A stretch of DNA of 64,000 nucleotides, taken from the NCBI GenBank assembly GCA_028534125.1, contig CM052816.1, positions 54,376,001 through 54,440,000 on the forward strand, in the 5' to 3' direction. Below, in pieces: positions 40,931-54,628 of this stretch (the stretch's first letter is position 1; each line of letters opens with the position of its first letter). The stretch is from Lama glama (lineage: Eukaryota). The translations under genes were made by a program, and so were the position numbers. The notes under the pieces are model-generated. The model made no database searches, had not been told where the DNA came from, and worked only from the letters and a program-made list of their open reading frames with translations.

Positions 40931-41607
40931 GAGAGTCGGGAAAGGGCACAGGGTTTGAAATACGGCAGATGATGCGGACCAGCAACAAATTACCAGCACC
41001 GCACAAGAGCCCCTGGACCTTACCAGGCTCAGCATGGATGAGCGAATCTATGAAAACGGGAAATGACAGAGAGCTTCAAGGCAGGTTACATGCTTACGAT
41101 CAACATTTAAATATGACATTGGGAGATAAGGAAGGAACTGTGACAACTATAGAAACTGATGAAGAAACATATGAAGAGATACATAAATCAGCAAAAGGGA
41201 ATATTCTGATGCTCTTGGTCTGGGGAGATGGGGTTGTGCTAGTTGACCCGTCATTGAGAGGTGGATAAAACAAAGAATTACCCTGTGTGGAAGATAGGAG
41301 ACTTTGTACGATTGCCTATTTAAATGCAGAAGATGCTCAAAAGAGAAACCTGCAAAGATTCTGATATTAAGAAATGACCAAGAATTCTTCTGTTCCTGAA
41401 ATAAGCTGATTTAGACAGAATTCACAAATTCTTAAGCTAAATGGCATTTTAATTTTTCTCCAACTCCTCTGATAAATGTGATCACCAAGATGCAGAACTT
41501 TTTCAGGAGTTGATTTGCTCTGTTGTTTTTTTCAATTTCTGGGTTTTTTTTTTCTTTAAATTAAATTTGATGTTTCCTTTTTTGATTTTTAAAGCAAAAA
41601 ATAAAAT
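40931..41607 (+). pseudogene. LSM3: Processed pseudogene of LSM3 (U6 snRNA-associated Sm-like protein)
   Basis: Intronless: (ACG)[29 protein letters not shown], then a 2-nt deletion, then [68 protein letters not shown] (stop 41266-41268). Start codon mutated to ACG (40962). 3'UTR, A-rich tail, and TSD aaaataatatgg (40919-40930) / aaaataacatgg (41608-41619). Confidence 0.95.
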
Positions 41608-43794
41608 AAAATAACATGGAGTCTTGCCATGACCTCAAGGAGAAGTCTTTGAAGAGAACTGGACTCTTGATTTCCATTTCATGGGAACACAACAGATGAA
41701 AAGCTAAAATGGACAGTCCTGAGCAAGACCATCATTAAGGGCTAAAGGATATGTGATGACTTTGCCCGAAGTCAGCAAGGTCGGGTTCCTACTTACCAGA
41801 ATCTCCCTGGAGCATGGAAGTGCAAGTCAACGGCCCAAGTTCTGAACAGAGGTCACAAGGGGATTTTATCTATAGAAGAGATGGTAAACTTGGGCCTTAA
41901 TTCAGCCAACTGCATTTATGGATGAGGTAAAAATCAGAAGCCACAAAGCCCCAGTGATGGTCCCAGGCAATGGCAGCTGAGAGCTGTAGGCTGAGACAGA
42001 CAGAAACGTATGAATGTTTGGTGCCTAAGCGACCAGCACTGGTGACCCCAACAGCCTCCAAATCATGGCTTTCCAGCCTTGGGCAGTGGTGGAGGTTCAC
42101 CAGGCTGGCCCTGACTCAATAAGGACTAGAAACAAATGACGTGGAGGCTTGAGACAATCATTTAAGTAATTTGGGAAATTCATACCACAGTTACTATACT
42201 CATATTTTGAACTTCATTGTTTCACATAACTAATTCAGCCCAAAGGATAACATACACATGTACTTGCTTCAGTTCAGAGGACGACAGTATACATACTTAC
42301 ACATTTTATATCATTTTTAAGTAGCCTTTGGTGTGTTCATAGGATAATAAGTACTTTTAACATTTCCAGTCTTTTTTGTGGTTAGATTTTTTGTTTCTTG
42401 TTAAGATACTGAAATGAAATTTGACATTTTATAAAATATCTTGGAAGCACTGTGCATTTGGGACACAAAGAATTACAGTCCTCATAACAATTCTCACAAC
42501 ATGTCAAACCCAACGTTTACTGTGGGTGGGATTTTACAAGTTCACAAAGTAACTAAGGGAAATTGTGTAGCAATTAAAGCACTTATAAGCAAATCCGTAG
42601 CTTTTTCTTGACAGTCGCTGGTAGTATTTCAGCTGAGTCAACATATTTCTATCTTATTCCCAGGCTTCACATACTGAAGAATGTTGCCCCCCAACTGACC
42701 ATAAGACCACCCTCCCAGCCTTTCCTACAATTTGCTGATAACCCAATGATGTTTGCATCCTTGTGGGAGAAACTCATAGACGTTCTCTTAAAAATTAAAG
42801 ATAAGTTAACTCATGGGCCCAAAGTTACCTTAAGTTTAAAAAGGGCAAATGGCAGAAAAGTTAAAACAGAGTAATGGCCCTGTTTTTGTAAAAAAAAATA
42901 AAATAAAATAAAGATTGTATGTAGAAATTAAACTGGATCTGTCACTGTAGGTAAGGAGCAAGTAAGAGTCACTATTCAGGAGGGACAAATTCCAAATTGC
43001 TAACAGTGGTCACCTCTAGGGTGGGGCGGCAGGAGTAGGTTATCAGGGAAAGAGACTTCATATATATGTATGAATGGGACAAAAGGACAAACAAGTATGG
43101 ATACGCATACATATTTTTTTAACCTGGTGATAATATGGGTGACTTTTACTTTTCTTCTTACATTTCTCAGTATTTTCAAAAGATTTTGTTTTAAAAGTAG
43201 GCCAGTAGATTAAATTCCTGACCACATAATTTCATTTGGTTGTCAACAAAATCTCTCTCTCCCTCCGAAACATTTGCAAGGACTTTAAACGGTATCACAA
43301 TCTACATGGCTTGCTGAGGTGAGGTATGCTCTTGGGCACTCAGGTCTATCAACTGTGAAAATCTTAAACTACTGATGTTTTCATAAAATATTTAAGGTGG
43401 AGATCTTCCGACTATAACATCTAAATACGTGTTACTTTTCCATCTATTATTTCTCAGTGAGAACTATGCCTTTTCTAATTATTTGATGAGGGTAATAATT
43501 AAGATATTTGATGAAATCAGGAGAGCAAATTAATCTTCTGAATATACAAATTAATTGGAAACCTAAATGTCCCAGAAATGTCAAGCTGTGATTTGTTTCT
43601 CCATGTGTCCAATACATGTAGCAGGGATCATGGCACAGCATGGCTGTATCACCAGGAAGACGACAACTGAAGCTCGTAGCTGCATCCCCAGTGCTGAGCA
43701 TGGCACCTGGGACATGTTAAATACTCAATAAATACTTGTGGAATGAATAAATGAATGATCGGCAATATGTGAACATGTCCACGGCAAGGCAGAA

Positions 43795-44015
43795 GGAAGC
43801 AGTGGAAAGAGTGTGAGCTTTAGAAGCAGATGTTTGAGTTCTAGCCCTGCTACGTGCATAGTAGTGCATGACCTTGAGCAAAGTGATTAACTTCTTTGAA
43901 CATCAGTTTCTTTACCTGTTAATGGGGATAACAATACCTCCCAACTTCCTCTGGTTTTTGTGAGGGTTGATTGAAATAATATACGTGTACCTAAACATTA
44001 GCCTTCATTAAATGG
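43795..44015 (+). mobile_element. MIR SINE
   Basis: gcagtggaaagagtgtgagcttt...gaccttgagcaaagtgattaacttctttgaacatcagtttctttacctgttaatggggataacaatacctc MIR core. Confidence 0.75.
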
Positions 44016-45718
44016 CAGTTCCTTCCTTTTGTGGATACTGAAACTATTGTCTAGAGATGGAACCAGCTGGCATGATAATGTGTTCATGAAAATCAAAATT
44101 TATTATTTTATAATATTTTGTCCACCTAGAATGCCTTTTGCCCTGTTTCTTCCTATCAAACCCAGACCCAACCTCAAGATCAAGCTGAACCACAACCTTT
44201 GCCTCAGAGGAAAGTAGACTTCTATCCCTTACTCCCATCCCAGCCAAAAGCGAGTTACTCTCCTCCAGTGAGCGTAGTAGCCCCCCTCTCTTACAGCAAG
44301 AGTTACACTGCTGGGTTTATAATCGTTTCTACCCGTGATATCTCCCCTCTTAGGCTGTCAGCTCCCTAAAAGACAATTTCTGGTTCCTGAAACTGGCATC
44401 TTCAAAAAGCACTGTTTGTAGTGTTTTCCAGGTAATATATGTTTAGGAAAATTTTAAAAACTAAATTAAGACAACTGATCCTATTTTCCCACAGGAAGAA
44501 TGATATAATAGGCTATCATGTACCTGTTCAAGAAATTGATTTGAAATAAACTACAGATTGAATTAATTCTACAGATAGAAGCAAAGATTCAATAACTATG
44601 AAAATAATTACACATTAATAAAACAAAATATCAAAAAAATAGTTACATGAATGGTAAAATTCAGCTTCAGGTTCTATAAAATGTATGTTAAAATGGGAAC
44701 CACACATTTCAGTGATCACAAAGGCTTCAACATAGCACACAGACATGTCTGTGACCTAAAAAGAAAACGCTGCCATGTCATACATTTGTTCTAACTCCTA
44801 TAATCAGCTGTAACAAAGACAAAGCTTTCTTAAAAGTCGAAGAATACGGATGAGCTAGTTTCCTTAAAATGATGTCTTCTTTCTTCCTCATCTTATAATC
44901 ACCCTTGCAGCAAGCAGAGCCATTCAGAACCATGCCACTGCCCCTGCCTGGCCTTCTAGCCTTTCCCTTCCCAGCACAGAAAACTCTTAGTCACCACTTC
45001 AAGATGGCTCCTGCTGGGATCTTGGGTTACCTTTGCCCCCTTTATATGGTGTTACTCCCTCTCGACCACATGTTCTTCTACTCTCAACTACTTTTTCTCC
45101 TCCTCCTGGGCTAATTATAGACACTGGTGCCTATCGAGCACTTACTATGTGCCAGGCACTATGCTAAGTCCTTTGCAGATTATGTTCCAGCCCCCGCCTT
45201 GCAGATGGCAGATGGGAGCACACAGAGAGTGGTGGCCCAAATCACAAGAGGGTTGGGGTGGTCAAGGAAGTCTTTTCAGAAGGAGGTTTTAAAGGATGAG
45301 ACAAAGAAGAGAGAGGAGGCATGGCATGTGCCAGGGGCAGAGAGCTGTGAAGAAACAGGACCTGTTCAAGGCTGAGAAAAGATCAGCCAGCTGTGCTATG
45401 ACACCCCGAGAGACTAGGTAGCTGAGAATCTTAGAACAACCAGAGTCAACCGAGGTTACCCGGGCATTCTCTCTGGAGAGAACAATTATACAGGCTTATC
45501 TGAAGCCATTACGCAGTCTTGCCTTAACCCGTGAATTAACAGGTATCATAACATTTTAGAAGTTTTCTCTCAACACAGCCCATCATATTCCTATGACTGC
45601 TGTTCCAATCCACCCTCCAGCCTCTCCCGTCCAGCCCCCTGCTCCCCTGACCTCCCTCTCAGCAGGGAGCCAAGCCAACGTCCTACACCTGGGGATAGCA
45701 GGGCGCCGAGGTTCAGAC

Positions 45719-45872
45719 CAGGGTTCTCAACCTTTCTCATGTACACCCACCACTTGGGGATTTTGTTAAAATGCAGGTCGGTTTCAGTTGGTCTGAGGAT
45801 GGGGCCCAAGAGGCAGCATTTCTAACAGGCTTTCAGGTGCTGCTGTTCCGAGGACCACACTTTGGGTAGCAA
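45719..45872. mobile_element. MER5A-family MITE
   Basis: cagggttctcaacc...ttgttaaaatgcag...ggtctgaggatggggcccaag...gcatttctaacagg...ggaccacactttgggtagc. Confidence 0.75.
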
Positions 45873-46464
45873 GACTCCACCTGAGCAGATTTTGCAAGTC
45901 ACACTGACTGGAGTTACATCCCACCTCCCCCCACCCCATGTCCCCTGAATAACCAGCGCTGAGCCCCAAGTTGTCTCATCTTAAAATGTGACGTGGCTGC
46001 TGTGAACATTAGGTGAGAACGTATAGGAAGCATCTGGCACCTGGTCAACCTTCAGGACACGGCAGCTCTTACTGGTGGAAGTGAGCACCTTTGGGGATAT
46101 CCAGCTGCCGCCTTAGTGTCCTTTCCTTTCACTCCCTTCCACCTCTTGATTCCACTCCTTCCGGCCTGCTCCTGGGCCACACCCTCTCTAATATTCCCTC
46201 CTTTACTAATATTTCCACTTGTTTTCAAAAATGTTTATCTTTCACGTCCTGAAAAATAAACTTCTCTGTGACCTTCAGTCACTACTTTCTTTGCTCCACA
46301 GTTCAACTTGAACTTTGAAAGATTCCTCTACCTGCCTCTGCCTCCCCATCTCCATCCCAGCCGACCACACTCTCCGCTGTCCACCACTGATCTCAGAACA
46401 TGGCAACCCTATGGTCTCTTATGAATTGTCATTACGCTATACTTTTATTTCCTTGAATGACCTT

Positions 46465-47362
46465 TGGTTTTAGTTGAAGTAGAGTGAGTTTATAATGTCA
46501 TGTCAATTTCTGGGGTACATCATAATGTTTCAGTCATATATATGCATATATATTCCTTTCCATATTCTTTTTCATTATAGTTACTATAAGATATTGAATA
46601 TAGTTTCCTGTGCTGTACAGTAAAAACTTGCTGTTTATCTATTTTACATCTTTTTATTTTACATGTTTACATTATTTTTAGTATCTCCAAATCCCAAACT
46701 CCTGATTTATCTCTTCCTGCCCCCTTTCCCCACTGGTAACCATGAGTTTTGTTTTCTATGTCTGAGTCTGCATTTGTGTCTTTTTTTTTTTTTTAAGATT
46801 CCACATATAAGTGATATCATATGGTATTTTTCTTTCTCTTTCTGGCTTACTTCACTGAGAATGAAGATCTCCAGGTCAATCCATGTTGCTGCAAATGGCA
46901 TTTTTATTCTTTTTTATGGATGAGTAGTATTCCATTGTATAAATATACCACTGCTTCTTTATCAAGTCATCTGTCAATGGACATTAAGGTTGTTTTCATG
47001 TCTTGACTACTGTAAATAGTGCTGCTGTGAACACTGGGGTACATATATCTTTTCAAGTTAGAGTTCCCTCTGGACATAGGCCCAGGAGTGGGATTGGAGT
47101 CTATTTTTAGTTTTTTGAGGAATCTCCATACTGCTTTCCATAGTGGCTGCACCAATCTACATTCCCACCAGCAGTGTAGGAGGGCTCCCTTTTCTTTACA
47201 TTCTCCCCAGCATTTATCATTTGTGGACTTTTGAATGATGGCCATTCATTCTGACTGGTGTGAGGTGATACCTCATTGCAGTTTTGATTTGCATTTCTCT
47301 AATAATTAGCAATATTGAGCATTTTTTCATATGCCTATTGGCCATTTGTATGTATTCACTGG
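46465..47362 (-). mobile_element. L1 3' fragment (ORF2 C-terminus + 3'UTR), sense to PDE8B
   Basis: Minus ORFs [46 protein letters not shown] and MPFAATWIDLEIFILSEVSQKEKEKYHMISLICGI. Confidence 0.92.
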
Positions 47363-49456
47363 AGGCCCATCACTGGAGTGGTCTAGGAAGAGGCAAAGGC
47401 AGGGCCTGGCCATTTAAATGCAGTTACCACACATTCCTTTACAGTTTGGAGTCTTTTCCACTGGGAGTTCGGCCAATGTTCCCACAATGTCATTACCTCA
47501 GGGATTCCATGAACGGTGCTATCTCTCAGGGCTGACTTGATTCCTGAGCAAATGGTGGGGGGTGGGGGTGGGCAGTGAGCCTCCACTCGACATGGGGAAG
47601 GGCACAATCCTCAGGAGATTTTTGACTTCCTGTGTGACTCCGAGCCCGCCTAACTCCCACCTGGCTGGTGAGGTATCCCAAGGCAACCGGAGCGGCTCGC
47701 AGAGAAAGCCTGGAGCTGCCAGCCTTGCCGCACACCTCAGAGAGAAGTCATGTCCCTGGTTGGCTCTTCCTTCTGCCTAAGGAGCTCTCCACATGGTCCG
47801 ATGAAGTGAGCTCTCCTGGTCTCACGTTTGGATGTTTGTAGGGGTTGGGGCGGAAGGTTTAACAGCAAGAGTCATCAACAGTCACTATGCTCTATGCACA
47901 GGTATCCCCAAAGGACCGCATCAAGCAAGGTGGCTAATTGAGGCTGAGGTTCAGGAGTGCTAGGAGCCCTCGACCAAATACCTCATCATGTCACCCGATT
48001 TCTTAGCAGGTGCTAGCACTGGGGCTAGGAGCACAAAGGAGAGGTGGGAGTGAAGGGTTAGGAGGAGCATGGGAGGAAATGAGATGCTGATAATACAAAG
48101 GCAAATGGAGCCGCTCAGTGATCAGTAGCGGTCACTCTTCTTTAGCCAAAGCACCTCTCCCCTTCCTAAGGCCCAGCCGTCCCTCTTCCACCAGGTTTTT
48201 TTTTTTTTTCGTTCTTAATATGGAAAATAAGGATAATCACTAAACTAATTTGGTGAGTAACTACACCCTGTTCTGTAAGGAGATCTCTTCAAGCAATCTG
48301 CTCACTGTTTATGTGTTTCAGGAAATCTCTTATTCTGATCTCAAATGAAACAAGCTCCCAATCCACCTGTGGACAATTCATTTGTTCACTAAAGACATTG
48401 CCCTCACCGGAACTCTTGTCTGACAGCTCTTATAAACAATCTCTTTGTAATCATTTCACATCATGTAAGAAGTCTTATGAAAGTTGGGTGCATTACAGCT
48501 CATTGTCTGGAGACTGGGTCACCATGAAGACTGATGAGGCATGTGAGAAACCCTGATTAAGATCTTGATTAGGGGCAAGAACAGGGATCAGTGTAAGAGT
48601 TGGTGAGGGATGAGACACAGCACAGTGGCTGTGAGGTCAGGTGGGCACAGTGAGGGCCTCTGGGAGAGAGCCCTGTCTCACCACCCACAATATGCCAGGT
48701 GGGGGCTCATGGCAGGTCCCTTCAGCCCAGGGAGGGACAGCAGAGAGGGAGTCACAATTTCCAAAAGGAGGCAACGCTCTTACTTGAACCCACTGTGCAA
48801 CATTTTCTTGCTATTTTTAATAGTGATGCTAAACCTCCAGGAAGTGGGAAGAGGTGAATGAATCACTCAATTGATCAACAAGCAAATCTGATGGCAAGAA
48901 AACGTATCAGGTGGGCTTAAGGGATATAGGATAAATCAAATTCCATAGTTACTTTCAAAAGCTCATGATGAGCATATACGTTTTGATGTTTTGTTCTTTA
49001 CCAAGGTTTTGCAATAATTATTACTGAATGCCTACAAAACTAAGAAAACAAGGATGAAGACTATAAATGGCTCTACAGAAATCTGTAGGTCATCTCTCTT
49101 TTTCGGTCCATTCAAAGGCTTCTACGTTGGAAACTGTACGTCCTTACATTTACATTTATTCCAGTGAACATATTAAGGAGAGAAGCTTGAGGAAAGGCCG
49201 AGTTCTCCATTTGATTAAAGACTGGCTCAGCGTGTGGAACAGAAAACTTACAGATGACTTTGACCAGGTTTTCAGAAGCTCAGTTTAACACTACACAACA
49301 TCTGTAATTTGCCAAGCAGAATTCTCCAGAGAGAACATATTCAAGAAATAATAAGCAAGAATAAAAAAGAAAGAAAGAAAAAGCCCCATGCTTCATCCGG
49401 AGGGCTGAAGGCAGGGTCCCACAGACTTGAAGGATTATGAGGTAGGAAGAGAGAAG

Positions 49457-50096
49457 GAGTCGATTCTCATTAGTCCCAGTGGTCCTGTTCTATAAAGTCA
49501 CTGCAGACACCGAATTAATAAATACCGAACCACCGCTTCTAGGGGAAAGGCAGTGTTAGGTTCCTATGAACCTCTGGTCATATTTTTGTCAACCGATTGA
49601 CACAGAACCTTGTTTTACATGTGTTTCTGCTGAAAGCTGTCTTGTTTAAAACATTGTCCATTCATGACATCAAGCTCATGGTGAAGAGTACCGTGCTCGT
49701 GCCTGAGTGGAGCCCATCAAATGCACATCTTTCCTTCGGGAGGCACACCACAGCTTTCCTGCACTTAGGGACACCAGACAGCACTTGAGCATGATGCCTG
49801 GGGGCCCACTCAACAGTGAAATCACCAATGAAGAGGACCAAAATGTGAAAACATGACACTGAGCAGATTGGGAGAAAAGGACACTTGTTTACAGTCTGGG
49901 AGCAGAAACAAGAAGGCAGAGCAGCCCCTCGTTCGACCTCAGCTGGGGACTTGCATGTCAGATGACCTACATTTCTCACTGCTCTGCCCATGTCCACAAA
50001 GGCCCACAAAAGCACTGCAAGTATTGGTTTTGGGGGTTACAAAAAACCTCTCCCGAGTAGGTAAATACAGAGTGCATAGGTGTTGAGGATTGACTG
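49457..50096 (+). mobile_element. TcMar-Tigger non-autonomous DNA transposon (MER82-like)
   Basis: Terminal inverted repeats (g)agtcgattctc / gaggattgactg; internal gttctataaagtcactgcagacaccgaatta...ctaggggaaa...ttaggttcct; ~640 bp. Confidence 0.8.
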
Positions 50097-51779
50097 TGCC
50101 CCTCGCCCACCTCAGGGACAGCGCCGCAATGTCGCAGGCTACTCAAAGGCACGAGCCCGCTCTGCGGCACCCCCCATGCTGAGGGGGACGTCCCCTTATT
50201 CCCTGAGCAGCCCGGTCAGGGCAGAGTTGGAGCTGAGCTCTCTGAAAGGCCTTAGGAGCAGAGAAGTTCTCACTCCAGTTTCCGAGAAGGTACTCTTACC
50301 TGCTCCCTAGAAAAGAAGGGGAAATGGACTATTCTCTGTCTACACATCTTAATCAAGGACAATTTGAATGATCTCAGAAGGGCCTGCAGTTGAAACTTCA
50401 GCCCATTTTCCCTGCAGGATATTTAATCTTGAGAGAAGTGCCGCTTTATCAAGCATTTTGCCTTTTCTAATTAAATTCTGGAAGAACACCCAAAGAGCTA
50501 CTCTCCTTACACTTCCCGAGCATGAACAAACAAGGGATGGCCCAGATGGAAGAGGGCTCTGCGAGAGAAGGCACCACTTAGAAGGGCCACTTAATGAAAT
50601 CAAATCATGAGCTTTTCAAGAGGCCTACAGTTTTGGAGAGAAAAGACAGTGATATTTTGCAAGTGGGAGTTTTTAGAAATTCAGAGGTGACTGGCAATGT
50701 TTAAAAAAAAATAAGATTAGGATTAGAATTAAAAATACAATAAAAGAAAACATTGGACAGAGTACAGAAATTGTTACAGTAAATACAATAAATTAGTTAC
50801 TGTGGTTGAACAACAACAACAAAAAACTCAGTTCTGAGCTTTTTGGCAGCAAATAAGAAAGGAAAACATTTTGACACAGAAGTTTTCATCAACAGATAAG
50901 CATCAACATATTAGACTATCTCATCTAGAAAGGATACGTTTTGTGGGTGTCAGAGTCCAGCAGGTATTTCCTGTGCCAGTATCAGAATTATTTGTGATGT
51001 CTTGGTTTCTGGGTCAGCTCGTGTTCTATATGGCATCACCCTGGCCAGACAACACGAGTGTCATGAGCTGTTGCTCACCAGATGAGTCAACTATCATACT
51101 GGCTCCTACCTAAGGTGCAGAGCGAGAGGCTGCCTTGTGAGAGATCTTACAAAAACACTACCCACTGATCACTAACAATATAAAAAAAAAAAAGAATCTG
51201 TTGAGAACAACAATCTGTAAAACCGGAAGATCTACTGACTTGCACAAGCAACCAGAGAGGTCCAGGAGGAAGATGCATTTCAATGTCAAAAGAATGTCCC
51301 TGGTAAGAAACAACAGTAAGCTAAAAGTATGATTAGATTCCCTGTTACATTTTTGCCCTGGGAGCCAATTCTGGACAAAACGGTTTATGGTTCACCTGAG
51401 TGAGTTGTTTCACCTACTGAACAAAGCTGCTCTACTGTTCGTTCTATCTTACGATTACGCATAATAACCTAATTGCACCTTGTGATAATGATTTTAAGGA
51501 CCTTGATTCCTTTCAGAACAAATATAGGTTTGATGACTAAAAACAGTAATAATTACCCACAGGACGTTATGATGAACCTGGTTACGTTCTCCTAGTTGAA
51601 TATACCTAACTTCCAGGCACTAAACTCTACTCCCCCAAATGTCCCCCACCTGCCCCTCCTGCTAAGCTGAGCAGACTCGCATTTCCCAGGATGCTACAGT
51701 AATCAAGCTTCCTAATCAGGGTATTTAAACCTGGTTCATACCTGATGTGGTTAATAAGTGCTCATTTTTACTCTCAAAA

Positions 51780-52525
51780 TTGTCCCCACTATAATTAAAA
51801 AATAAACAACACAGTAACAAGTGTTGACAAAAATGTGGAGCTATTGGAACCTCATAGACTGCTGATGGGAATGAAAATTTGTGCAGCTGCTCTGCAAAAC
51901 AGTCTGGTATGTCCTCAAAAAGTTAAATGTATAGTTACCATATGACCCAGCTATTTCACTCCTAGGTGTATATATATATATATATATATATACACTCAAG
52001 AAATTATGTCCATATAAGCTCATACATGAATGTTCACATCACAGTATTCATAACAGCCAAAATGTGTAAACCTCCCAAATGTCCATAAAGTGATGAATGG
52101 ATAAATAACATGTTTTACAGCCATACAATGAAATATTTTTCAGCAATAAAGAGGAATGAAGCTCTGATACATGTTACAATGTGACTGAGTCTTGAAAGCA
52201 TTATACTAAACGAAAGAAGCCGGACACCAAAGGCCATACAGTGTATGAGTCCATTTATGTGAAATGTCCCAAATAGGCAAGTTTATGGAGACAGAAAGTA
52301 GATTTGTGCTTTTCCGGGGCCAGGGGTGGGGTGGAAGTGAGAGGAAGCAAGGCAGGGACTGCTAATGCATATCAGGTTCCTTTTTTGGAGTGATAGAAAT
52401 GTTCTTAAATTGATGGTGCTGATGATTGCACAACTTTGGGAACATACTAAAAACCACGGAGTCATGTACTTTAAATGAGTGAATCATACAGTACGTAATT
52501 TATATTTCAATAAAGCTTTTATAAA
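51780..52525 (+). mobile_element. Old L1 (L1MA/MB-like) 3' end
   Basis: aacaagtgttgacaaaaatgtggag...agttaccatatgacccagc...gagtgatagaaatgttcttaaattg...tatatttcaataaagct. Confidence 0.85.
51969..51992. repeat. (TA)12 microsatellite inside an old L1
   Basis: Direct read. Confidence 0.95.
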
Positions 52526-54591
52526 AAGTAATATGAAATCAAATAATAATATAATAATAATAACAATAATAAACCACCCAGTAAGGAAGTTAGTTCTCTG
52601 GTTACTCTATACAGCACCAAACACAGGGTACTCAGACACCAATGGGGGCCAGGGGGCTGGGACACCTTTAGCAATGACCAACAGTAGTGGAACCTCCTCA
52701 ACTTTTAATAAGCCATGTGAATAAGCTAATTACCATATTCTCAACTCATCCTATTTTGATGGGCAGGGGAGGGACACAGGATGGTGGGTTTCTGTAATTT
52801 ATTCTTTCAGTATAGAAGAGTCAAATTTGTTCTCTGTGAAAAACTACTCACCAGCATCTACAGCAGCATTTCAGAAATGAAGTATAGAACATAAAGGTCT
52901 GAGCACTGAGAGGTAAAAACTTTTACTCACTTAAATGTGATCCAAGAAACAAAGGTTTTTATTGACTTAAGTATGTTCCAAGAAAGCACACTGAGAATTA
53001 GAATACATTATTTAACCCACTGCAAGATCAGCATTTGAATACAATTTCACACTGATCTTAACTCACTAAAGACAAACATTTCCTATTCTCTGACCAAAAA
53101 GTATTCTGCCCTCAGCTCTCACTGAGTCTTTGCCCCCATTCTACTCACTACTAATCACTCAAAAATTCTCCTTGATCCACTAATTATTTTGCTTTGTTTT
53201 CTCCATCTTGCTTCTATTTTGGTGAAAGCTTACAGCACTGCCTATGAAGCACGTGTCTTAGAGTCCACTCGTCCGATTTCTATGAAGTGACAACCATGCC
53301 CATTCCCATCAGTCTCCAGGACAGCCTTCAACAATTACCATTGTATCAGAAGAAGAAAAGAAAGAGTGAAGTCTTCTGTTGAGGATATTACATCACATGC
53401 CAAGTGAAATGAAAAACTCAAGAGGACTAATTCTTGTAAAATCAGTTGAAAAGTGCCTAAGTGGATGGAGCAGGCCCCTACTCCTCGACAGAGAGGAGTC
53501 TCAAGTCCTGTGGTTTGCAAAACAGATTCTGGGCAAGAAATCAAGTGGCTCCTTCAAGTCCATCTGGCCTCCTCTGTCACGATGGGGTCCTTCCACCAGT
53601 ATGTTACAACAAGGGCAGTAAAGACAGAAGTAGAAAACCAGAGGGCACAATTAATTCTGCATATAGAATAAGAAAGGTAATACAAGGTACTGAATTAAAT
53701 ATAATCAGAGAAATGTATTTTGTACACAAACACTGCAGACAGACACACAAGGTAGGCATCTGATAGCAATGTATAACTATAAAGTAAGGAAGTCAATTCT
53801 GGTGTAAGGGGGACACAGTCAACCCTGCTATTTCCTACTCTTGCATAATCACGTGTTTTAAAAATGAACACCCGCATCATGCCTCCAGCAGAGATTAGTT
53901 CTTCGAAATTGCAGTAGGGGTTGAAAAGGAGAGGGACACCTATTTTTATCTCTTGGTTCTATTTTTCCGAAGTTATACTGATTATGCTTAACAGCCACAC
54001 AGGAAGACTGTGGACGAGCTAATCAATGACCACGTTAATACTAAAGAACATGTTAAGGAAAGCATACGAAGGCTCCTGTCTCCCCTTCTCTCTGGTGCCC
54101 TTTGTTCCTTCTGTCCTCCTGCTTCTCTCCATTCTCTGTCAGTTTTGCTCTTTTCTTCCACCAGATGCTTTCACTAGCCCCACCTCCATTTCCACATGCA
54201 GGATTTTCCCATCTTAACTGGCCACAATATAGACACGAAGTATATTGTTACTATTTATACAGTATAAAGCAAGTAAAGACATGCATTTCCTGCTACTATT
54301 TTCAAGGCACAGGATTTTCATTTCTAAAAATGTTTTTCATGTACAAAAAATGTAGCCTAACTTATTTTATACACAGCAAAGATGGAGAGAGGAAAAATGG
54401 AAAACAGGAGGCTGTCAGCAACCTGGCATCAAACGTTACACAGGAGTAAAAACTATTCCACTGTGACCATGAGACACGTCTCCAAATCCACGCATGGAAA
54501 ATCCTCTTTGCTGCTGAAGCAAATTTGGGGTAAACTTCTAAAAGTTAGGTATAGGACCCAGCCAAACACCTGGATTTAGAAGACACGAGGG

Positions 54592-54594
<3 letters not shown>

Positions 54595-54622
<28 letters not shown>
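54595..54622. repeat. (TC)14 microsatellite
   Basis: Direct read. Confidence 0.95.

Positions 54623-54628
<6 letters not shown>

Noticed and set aside
44738..44753. Perfect 16-bp palindrome containing a p53-type half-site AGACATGTCT
   Set aside because: Only one half-site, with no adjacent second decamer or other supporting context.
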